From Eledone cirrhosa (Eukaryota), in contig OZ024743.1 in assembly GCA_964016885.1 (NCBI GenBank), positions 330,088,001 to 330,152,000 on the forward strand: DNA of 64,000 bases, in the 5' to 3' direction. Positions 53,809-64,000 of the stretch are shown here, one piece after another. The notes below the pieces were generated by a model. That model was not told where the DNA came from. It was given only the letters and a program-made list of their open reading frames with translations, and searched no databases. The position numbers and the translations under genes were made by a program. Each line of letters begins with the position of its first letter. The first letter of the stretch is position 1.

Positions 53809-54489
53809 AGTTCATATTAGTTTGAGCAATAGCTCTAGAACTAATATTGGTTTCTAATTTAGGCACATGGCCAACAATTTTGGGGGGAGGGGAAAGTCGA
53901 TTAAATATAACACAGTGCATTACTGGTACTTTAGTTTATCGATCCCGTAAGGATGAAAGCTAACCTCAGCAAGATTTGAACTCAGATCATACAGAGGCGT
54001 AACCCTATGCCATAAAATCATATTGTCCGTCGCTCTACCGGTAATGCCAATCCATCGCCCTAGCCCTAGAATTAATATTGGTAGGAGAAACATGGCAAAA
54101 ATTACTCACCAGATACATGTCAAATCACAAAAGGCTGTCTCCATATCAATATATTACAGAACCTTACAAATGGATTACCTCATGTGCCATGTGTGTTAGG
54201 GTGTCATGGTATCATGACGTAACCATTTAATCACAGAAATACTTATACTTAGTTGTGTAATTAAAAAAAGTTATAAAATCTAGCCTTCGTATTGTATTTT
54301 TAATGTATCTAACTCCGTAGTGTGCGACCCATACGATACCATATCAACATTGGTAGAATACACATGAAGTCGAGTCTCTTTTCCTTCTCACAGCATGGAT
54401 TTGCTGTGAGAAGTGACACATTCCCAGCTCCAGATATCAATTAGGGAGCACCCTATAACGCGTACACACACACACACACACATACACAC

Positions 54490-54740
<251 letters not shown>

Positions 54741-55119
54741 TTTCAAGATTTTTTATATGAAATCGTGTGTTATTGTTATACTTGGGGAGGGTCATATTGT
54801 TGTAATAATATTGCCACTCACTGTTTTGGTTGGTTTTCGCTTCTGTATCTTTTATATCTCCATAGTTAATTCCTCCGGCAATCAATATTTATCATTGATT
54901 GATCAACGGTTAAAAATACTGATATAAATATATATATATATATAGTCTATCAAAGTTCTTTCGTTGCATCTGTGGTACTATTATGTTGCTGGATGAATTA
55001 ACTATGGAGATATAAAAGATACAGAAGCGAAAACCACCAAACAATGACTGTGTTCTGTTATTATTTCTAGCAATATTATTATAACAATATGACCCTCCCC
55101 AAGTATAACAATATATATA

Positions 55120-55590
55120 TGCAGTTGCAGGAAGCCGGATGAATGCCCATTGCAGGGTAAATGTAACACAAAATCTGTCGTTTATGAGGCTAAGATAACG
55201 CCAGTAATCAACAACCAGCCAGCCAGGAGTGAGCGATATGTCGGTATGACCCAGGACAGGTTTAAAACCAGATTTTACTCACATGTCGCTTCTTTTAAGC
55301 ACTCCGATAAACGAACATCAACGGCCCTCGCAAGTAAGGTATGGGATCTCAAGGATAGTAACATCCCGTACTCTATTGATTGGTCTATATTAGACCATTC
55401 GAGGGAGTACCAAAGGGGCACAAAGAATTGTTCTTTGTGTACCACAGAAAAGTATAGGATTTTGCTAAACTTGAGAGCCACTTCCGCTTGCCTTAACTCA
55501 AAGACTGAGATCTTCAGATGCTGTCCTCATCTGAAATCGCATCTGATCTGTAACTGGATTGACACTCCTATGAGAAATCAACCGCCTTGA
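55120..55590 (+). CDS. GIY-YIG endonuclease domain of a 5'-truncated Penelope-like element (Cys-rich linker, Neptune-like)
   Basis: CSCRKPDECPLQGKC..SVVYEA..RYVGMTQDRFKTRFYSH..SF..TALA..IDWSIL..CSLCTTEK..LNSKTEIFRCCPH. Confidence 0.9.
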   Translation, partial: CSCRKPDECPLQGKCNTKSVVYEAKITPVINNQPARSERYVGMTQDRFKTRFYSHVASFKHSDKRTSTALASKVWDLKDSNIPYSIDWSILDHSREYQRGTKNCSLCTTEKYRILLNLRATSACLNSKTEIFRCCPHLKSHLICNWIDTPMRNQPP

Positions 55591-55836
55591 ACTCCTTCTC
55601 TGCTCTTTACTTTTGCTACGGTTTTTATTTTGCTGACTCTACCTTCTGTACTCTTGTATATTTACAAAATTTTTTTCTCCCTTACCTCCCCTTATATTTT
55701 ACCTTCTCTTATGCCCCCCCCCCCCCATATATTATTTTTGTTTTGCCGTTCACATACCTATGTGTATGTGTATGTATTTTTGTGTGTATATATATATGTA
55801 TATATATATATATATGTATACATGTATGTATATATT

Positions 55837-55936
<100 letters not shown>

Positions 55937-56011
55937 CGTGTGTGTATGTGTGTATATAATTGTATATGTGTGTGTGTATATGTATGTATATGTGGATGAA
56001 CCAGGCTTTTT

Positions 56012-56069
56012 TTCATTCTGAAGATTGAAGGAAACTTTTTTTGCTTTTAAGAAACCTCTGGTGAATGGA
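56012..56069 (+). ncRNA. Type I hammerhead in the pLTR of the 55120 PLE, probably inactive (GUG triplet)
   Basis: UUCAUU-CUGAAGA-UUGAAGG..CUUUUAA-GAAAC-CUCUG-GUG-AAUGGA. Confidence 0.7.
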
Positions 56070-56207
56070 TTAATTGCCTTATGTTGCTTTATTACTTTAC
56101 TACTATATATACGTTTATGTAAGGTTCATTTGTCTTATCTAATACTGAACTTTACACATACACACATGTATATGTGTGTGTGTGTATGCATGTGTGTATG
56201 TGTACGT

Positions 56208-56271
<64 letters not shown>

Positions 56272-56466
56272 ATGTGTGCGTGTGTATTTATTTATTTTTA
56301 TGTATGTGTGGGTGTGTGTGTGTGTGTGTGTGTTTGTATTTGGTTGTGCGTGCTTTTGATATATACGTATTTGCATGTGTATAATTGTTTAGCTATGTAT
56401 GTATATGTGTGTTTACGTATATGTATGTGTGTGTGTGTGTGTGTGCGTTTATATTTTTATATTTTG

Positions 56467-56586
<120 letters not shown>

Positions 56587-56993
56587 ATTACATATACATG
56601 TGTGTCTTTATATTATATACGTGTGCGTGTTTGTATATGTATGTGTATGTACGTGTTTATGTATTTGTATATGTATATTTATGTGTGAGAGTGTGTGTAT
56701 GTGTTTACTATTTCGTACATATGTATATGTGCTTTTGTGTGTATTACTTACCACGCGTGTCTGTCCTGTTAGCTGGGGCATGTATCGGTGTCAAACATTT
56801 TTTAATATATATTTATATATTTTTTTCTTATATTTATTTGCGTGTGTGAATATGTAGAGGAGTGCATTCATGTATGTGTATGTATGTACGTTGTATGTTT
56901 GTGTGAATGTATGTATGTGTATATATATGTGTGTGTGTATGGCTATGTTTGTGTATGTGTATGCTTGTACACACACATGTGTGTGTGTGTGTA

Positions 56994-57032
<39 letters not shown>

Positions 57033-57166
57033 GTAGATAAATCTACCAAGAGTTTACGGTAGTGTCCAATCCGTATGAAGAACTCAATGTATTCCGGATA
57101 TCATGGAAAGAAGAGATGTAATGAAAATCCAATTTCGGTGAAAGATAAACGGTATACAGAGTCAAG

Positions 57167-57569
57167 ATAAAATATTAAACAAATAATGAACAAACAATTC
57201 CTTATATTAAACAAAAAAAGTTCACTATTTAACGATCGTTTCTAGGGTATATATGTGTTATAATTGGTATGCATATTTAACAGATCTATGTACAAAATTA
57301 TACAAAATTATACAAATTATCAAGATTAAATATACATACCTAACTCATATATACGCCGTCTTCATTATTTCTGAAGACGGCGTATATATGAGTTAGGTAT
57401 GTATATTTAATCTTGATAATTTGTATAATTTTGTATAATTTTGTACATAGATCTGTTAAATATGCATACCAATTATAACACATATATACCCTAGAAACGA
57501 TCGTTAAATAGTGAACTTTTTTTGTTTAATATAAGGAATTGTTTGTTCATTATTTGTTTAATATTTTAT
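57167..57569. mobile_element. PLE pLTR fragment with ~198-bp apparently perfect inverted copy (fold-back)
   Basis: 57167-57364 is the reverse complement of 57372-57569, with a 7-nt loop. Confidence 0.85.
57361..57515 (+). ncRNA. Type I hammerhead ribozyme, same family as 30746
   Basis: UUCAUUAUUU-CUGAAGA-long stem II-GAAAC-GAUC-GUU-AAAUAGUGAA. Confidence 0.8.
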
Positions 57570-57763
57570 ATATATATATATAAATTAATATGTATGTGAT
57601 GAAACACAGATACCAACACATCTGTATATATATTGCAAAAGAAAAATATATATACAGATGTGTTGGTATCTGTGTTTCATCACATACATATTAATTTATA
57701 CACTGCTCAGGGGGCATTTTCCTCCTTCGAGCTGATTCCATTGTAAAAGAATTCATTACCTTA

Positions 57764-57817
<54 letters not shown>

Positions 57818-58164
57818 TATATATGTGTGTGTGTATGTGTGTGTGTGCGTGTGTGTGTGTATGTGTGTGTGTGTGTGTGTGTATGTATGAATGTATGTAT
57901 GTGTATATGTGTGTATATATGTGTATGTCTGTGTAGGTGTACGTTTTATATATGTATATGTGTATATGTATATGTGTATGCGTACATTTATATATATGTA
58001 TATATGTATGTGTGTGTAAGTATGCTTTTGTGTTTTTTTTGTGTGTGTGTTTGCATGTGTAGTTTTATTTTATTTTTCCTTTCCTTCTCCCTTTTCCAGC
58101 CTCACTTTCATATAGATTGCATTTTTGTTTTTAAAATCCAAATTCAATAAACAAACCAGGATTT

Positions 58165-58222
58165 TTCATTCTGAGGATTGAAAGCAAAACCTTTTGCTTT
58201 TAAGAAACCACTGGTAAATGGA
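58165..58222 (+). ncRNA. Type I hammerhead, second copy of the 56012 pLTR family, intact GUA triplet
   Basis: UUCAUU-CUGAGGA-UUGAAAGCAAAA CC UUUUGCUUUUAA-GAAAC-CACUG-GUA-AAUGGA. Confidence 0.8.
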
Positions 58223-58549
58223 ATAATTGCCTTATGTTGTTTATTACATAATTGTTTCTACTTTAGGCACAAGGCCAGTAATTACCCAGTGCATTACTGG
58301 TACTTTATTTTATCGACCCCGTAAGGATGAAAGGCAAAGTCAACCTCGGCGGGATTTGAACTCAGATCGTAAAGGGACGTAACTATGCTGGAAAGCATGG
58401 CGTCCGATCCTCTACCGATACTACCAATCCACTTAATTATTATTATTACATAATAATAATAATTAAGCTCTGTTGCCTACATAGAGCACTCTTTTTTCCT
58501 GGACTTTTCCGATGGAATTACTTCATTCACACATATATATATATATAAT

Positions 58550-58585
58550 CCTAATATATATCTAATTCTACGTACACTCTCTCAC

Positions 58586-58625
<40 letters not shown>

Positions 58626-59149
58626 TGTATTCTCCATTTCCTCATTTTCTTCTTCTTATTATTATTTTTTAATGTACCCTATCTTATATTTTACTTTTTT
58701 ACATCTGTAACTTCTCTATCTATTTACCATACATATTTTACTATTGATGTTATTGTTTTAATTATACGCTATTTTATTATTGATGTTATTGTTTTGGTGT
58801 CACACTACTTTTCTATATAAGTCTTGCCTCGAGTGAACTATTTTCATATCTACATACTCTGAAGTGTTGACCAATGGCAAACAACGTATTGGAGATCGAT
58901 TGACGCAACCTCAAGCGATTAGCGAACTCTAGACACACCTGATCAACGAAACAATTGTCAGTACTTTAAATAAAGCCCTTATTGTACAGCCAACCATGTT
59001 ACTCTTCTTTCTTTAACTATTATTACTCCAAGTATAACCTGCATAGAAATTACCGCGAACTCGCTGAACACAGCCGTACGTTAAAACTATCCACGACGCG
59101 GAGTACTCACAACCTCTAACTGGATTACGTATAACGATAACTTGTTATC

Positions 59150-59152
<3 letters not shown>
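58550..59152 (+). mobile_element. PLE pLTR/3' UTR fragment with variant hammerhead at 58854-58964
   Basis: AUACU-CUGAAGU-GUUGA..UCAAC-GAAAC-AAUU-GUC-AGUAC, T-rich leader, (TA)n on both sides. Confidence 0.8.
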
Positions 59153-59237
<85 letters not shown>

Positions 59238-59789
59238 GTTCTCTCCCGTACTAGTTTTTTGAAAGCAAATAAATTTTACATTTCAGTAATATGTGAGAGC
59301 TAAATTGGCGATGATATCTACCTTCTCCTTAGCTATCTGATTTTGTTAAATACATGATCAAGCTTCTTTATTGGTCGAACAATCGTGAATCTCAAAACTG
59401 ACGGAGGTCCGTTTACTTTATATTTTACTTTAACGACTCCGCTGTCGCCAAATATGAAAACTTGATCTATCACAACAATCCAACAAGTATAATTGGAAAG
59501 ACATGACTGTGTACGAAAGGGACAGTAATTCTGTTTGAAAATTAGGAGGAACCCCATAAAATTACTCTTATATTGTATGAGACAGGGTCCACATGGTCAC
59601 TCGACATGTAAGAAAGAGAAGTTAGATCTTCTTCATCAAATTAAACCCTTACCATCTTGAAAAGAAAGGGAAATATTGAGTAAGGTATTCCTAGACAGGT
59701 AATTCCAATAGAAAGAAAAGAGAGGATTGTCACGACTGGATGAAACGGTAGTGGTCATATGTCTGCTGAGTTAGGACTTCCATGAGACA

Positions 59790-60390
59790 TAGCTACAACA
59801 ATAACTACAACAATAAAAGCAACAATAACAACAACTGCAACAACAACAACAGCAACAACTGCAACAACAACAACAACAACGATATCACAGCAGCCACAAA
59901 CTACAATAACTATAACAATAACAACAGCAACAACTACAACAACAATAACAATATCAGCAACAACAACAACAAAAACACCAACAGTAACTATACCACCACT
60001 AACAACAACAATTACAGCAACTACAACTACAATTACAGCAACAACTACAGCAAAAACAACACCAACTACAACAGCAACTACACCACCAACAATAACAACA
60101 TCATCACAGCACCCAGAACAACTACAACAACAATAGCAGCAACAACAACTACAACAACAACTACAACAACAACAACAACTACACCACCACCATCACCAAC
60201 AACAACAACTATAACAATAGCAACAACTACAACTACTAAAACAACAACTACAACAACAACAACAACAACAACAACAACTACACCACCACAGTAACAACAA
60301 CAACAACAACATCACAGCAGTCACAACTACAACAACAATAACAATATCACCAACTACAACAACAACTACAGCAACAGCAACAGAAACAAT
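59790..60390. repeat. (AAC)n-type compound microsatellite
   Basis: Directly visible. Confidence 0.9.
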
Positions 60391-60659
60391 AATGCGCACA
60401 AACTGCATGAACAAACCACGAATCACAAGAAAACGCAATAATGAAAACGGAAGTATTGTTATTTACTTCCTTCTCATGTCGACAATCTCTCACAAAATAC
60501 CAACATAGGAAATCCTATGCTAGACATGCGCAATACACATAAACAACCAACGTTACAAACCTACACCACGTCGATATAACACAAATACATCTACACCACG
60601 TGAACACGATATAAACATATCTACACCACTTCAACACAACACAGATGTGTCGGCACCGC

Positions 60660-60964
60660 CAGGGCCGGATTTAATGCGGGGCAAAGGAGACAATTGCTCC
60701 GGGTCCCTGCAGTGGGGGCTTCATCAGCGAGGGCCGGAGCAATATATTCGTGCCCTCATCTTGGCTTTTTAGTTTTAGGATGGTTAGAATTTTTTTATTT
60801 AATAACTGTATGTATAACTTTTCAATTCAAATTACTCGTGCCAAGCTAACTTTGATATGTAAAATTGAGGGGGTGGAGTGGTGATGTGTATTCTAATTTT
60901 TTGTTTATTAGAGCGCCCCCAAACCTGAAATTTCCCGGGTCCCCCAAGGTCTAAATTCAACCTG
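60660..60964. mobile_element. hAT-like MITE inserted in a ~30-35-bp degenerate tandem repeat (60540-61100)
   Basis: CAGGGCCGGATTTA...TAAATTCAACCTG imperfect TIRs, degenerate 8-bp flanks, CTACACCAC repeats on both sides. Confidence 0.55.
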
Positions 60965-61789
60965 TGCACTACATGAACACATGAGAAACACAACTACACC
61001 ACGTGACCATAGCACAAATGCATCTACACCACATGAACACGAGAGAAACACAACTACACCACGAGAACACAAAACAAACACATCTACACCACGAGAACAT
61101 CATTTTGTCCCTTTTCCATGCTAGCGAGGACAAAATATTACAATCCATATAATACAGAGGCGACGAATTGGCAGGGTTTATAGAACGCCTTATGTAATAC
61201 ATTGCATTATTTGTTGGCAAGGCGGTGGTTTGGCAGTATCGGTAGAGAGTCGGACACCATGCTTTGCAGCAAAGAGTTACAGCCTTTTATGGTCTGAGTT
61301 CAAATCCCGCCGAGGTTAACTTTTCCTTTCATACTTACGGGGTCGATAAAATAAAGTACCAGCAATGCACTGGGTAATTTCTGGCCTTGTGTCAAAAGTA
61401 GAAACAATTATTTGTTGCGGCTTTCTGCTCTCTAAGTTCAAATCCCGCCGATGTCAACTTCATCCTGTCTAGGCTGGTAAAAACATGTACCTGTACAGGA
61501 CTGAGAATCTATGTTTCCTCTATTTCTCTTTTATCTCTCTCTCTGAAAGTAATCTACTGTGTTCACACGTTCAAATCTAGAGAGAAATGGACACCATCAA
61601 GTTTAAACGCCTATCAGTACGGTGCCGGTGCCATATGTGATGCTATCAGTAGTTAAGATCCCATGGCAATGGCGATGGACACATTATATCTTGCTAATAA
61701 ACAAAAAAATACTGATGGGACTGGCGGTGAACCAAATACTTCGTACTTGCCTCCCTTTATATACTAATCTTCACCTAAGTTTATCTTTT

Positions 61790-61990
61790 TTCATCATCAT
61801 CAATGCTATCACAGTCGAACATTCCTGTCAGCCACTCCACAATTCACGATTTTCCATTGCATCTGGCAACTTCTCCATACCGAGGTTTCTATCGTCCGAG
61901 AGTTGATCAATAAATGCTCAAGCAGATTTTCATCCACTGTGTCTCCTGTGAGTTGGTTCCCACAATAGTAACTTGTATATAACTTCCTGA
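61790..61990 (-). mobile_element. RTE LINE 3' end with (GAT)n tail, continuous with the 39-bp satellite
   Basis: LLLWEPTHRRHSG*KSA*AFIDQLSDDRNLGMEKLPDAMENRELW then GATGATGATG. Confidence 0.75.
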
Positions 61991-64000
61991 GTTGGTTCCC
62001 ACAACAGTAACCTGTGCATAACTTCCTGAGTTGGTTCCCACAACAGTAACTTGTATATAACTTCCTGAGTTGGTTCCCACAACAGTAACTTGTATATAAC
62101 TTCCTGAGTTGGTTCCCACAACAGTAACTTGTGTATAACTTCCTGAGTTGGTTCCCACAATAGTAACTTGTATATAACTTCCTGAGTTGGTTCCCACAAC
62201 AGTAACTTGTGTATAACTTCCTGAGTTGGTACCCACAATAGTAACTTGTGTATAACTTCCTGAGTTGGTTCCCACAATAGTAACTTGTATATAACTTCCT
62301 GAGTTGGTTCCCACAACAGTAACTTGTATATAACCTACTGAGTTGGTTCCCACAATAGTAACTTGTATATAACCTTTTGAGTTGGTTCCCACAATAGTAA
62401 CTTGTGTATAACTTCCTGAGTTGGTTCCCACAATAGTAACTTGTATATAACTTACTGAGTTGGTTCCCACAACAGTAACTTGTATATAACCTACTGAGTT
62501 GGTTCCCACAATAGTAACTTGTATATAACTTCCTGAGTTGGTTCCCACAACAGTAACTTGTATATAACCTACTGAGTTGGTTCCCACAATAGTAACTTGT
62601 ATATAACTTCCTGAGTTGGTTCCCACAATAGTAACTTGTGTATAACTTCCTGAGTTGGTTCCCACAATAGTAACTTGTATATAACTTACTGAGTTGGTTC
62701 CCACAACAGTAACTTGTATATAACCTACTGAGTTGGTTCCCACAATAGTAACTTGTATATAACTTCCTGAGTTGGTTCCCACAACAGTAACTTGTATATA
62801 ATCTACTGAGTTGGTTCCCACAATAGTAACTTGTATATAACCTGCTGAGTTGGTTCCCACAATAGTAACTTGTATATAACCTGCTGAGTTGGTTCCCACA
62901 ATAGTAACTTGTGTATAACTTCCTGAGTTGGTTCCCACAATAGTAACTTGTATATAACTTCCTGAGTTGGTTCCCACAACAGTAACTTGTGTATAACTTC
63001 CTGAGTTGGTTCCCACAACAGTAACTTGTGTATAACTTCCTGAGTTGGTTCCCACAATAGTAACTTGTATATAACTTCCTGAGTTGGTTCCCACAACGGT
63101 AACTTGTGTATAACTTCCTGAGTTGGTACCCACAATAGTAACTTGTGTATAACTTCCTGAGTTGGTTCCCACAATAGTAACTTGTATATAACTTCCTGAG
63201 TTGGTTCCCACAACAGTAACTTGTATATAACCTACTGAGTTGGTTCCCACAATAGTAACTTGTATATAACTTGCTGAGTTGGTTCCCACAATAGTAACTT
63301 GTGTATAACTTCCTGAGTTGGTTTCCACAATAGTAACTTGTATATAACTTCCTGAGTTGGTTCCCACAACAGTAACTTGTATATAACCTACTGAGTTGGT
63401 TCCCACAATAGTAACTTGTATATAACTTCCTGAGTTGGTTCCCACAACAGTAACTTGTATATAACCACCTGAGTTCGTTCCCACAATAGTAACTTGTATA
63501 TAACTTACTGAGTTGGTTCCCACAATAGTAACTTGTATATAACCTACTGAGTTGGTTCCCACAATAGTAACTTGTGTATAACTTCCTGAGTTGGTTCCCA
63601 CAATAGTAACTTGTATATAACTTCCTGAGTTGGTTCCCACAACAGTAACTTGTGTATAACTTCCTGAGTTGGTTCCCACAACAGTAACTTGTATATAACC
63701 TACTGAGTTGGTTCCCACAATAGTAACTTGTATATAACTTCCTGAGTTGGTTCCCACAACAGTAACTTGTATATAACCTACTGAGTTGGTTCCCACAATA
63801 GTAACTTGTATATAACCTACTGAGTTGGTTCCCACAATAGTAACTTGTATATAACCTACTGAGTTGGGTCCCACAATAGTAACTTGTGTATAACTTCCTG
63901 AGTTGGTTCCCACAATAGTAACTTGTATATAACTTCCTAAGTTGGTTCCCACAACAGTAACTTGTGTATAACTTCCTGAGTTGGTTCCCACAACAGTAAC
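61950..64000. repeat. 39-bp minisatellite (>50 copies, runs off the window)
   Basis: Unit GAGTTGGTTCCCACAA(T/C)AGTAACTTGT(A/G)TATAACTTCCT. Confidence 0.97.

Noticed and set aside
61907-63991. 694-aa repeat protein ORF
   Set aside because: A 39-bp satellite lacking stops in this frame. The ancestral RTE frame is a different one.

Overview
AT-rich, microsatellite-dense animal DNA, probably an octopus-like cephalopod (inferred from the SINE families and abundant (TA)n). No intact host gene could be established, and nearly all long ORFs in the track are microsatellite artefacts. The window is a mosaic of tRNA-derived SINEs, decayed LINEs (CR1/L2-type, RTE, CRE), MITEs, minisatellites and many Penelope-like element (PLE) fragments with type I hammerhead ribozymes (HHRs) and fold-back ends at (TA)n sites. 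The main discovery is a shared RNA motif in two diverged non-coding repeat families: a ~5.8-unit tandem array of ~495 bp (30958-33840, minus) and a ~1.3-unit element of 641 bp (47167-48027, plus). The motif has the full hammerhead core (CUGAUGA, GAAA, NUH), but its three core strands run in an order that is not a circular permutation of types I/II/III. It is held by pseudoknots and a consensus kink-turn in stem III, and the core helices covary between the two families. I infer a retrozyme-like system built on an unusual knotted hammerhead. Activity and novelty are untested.
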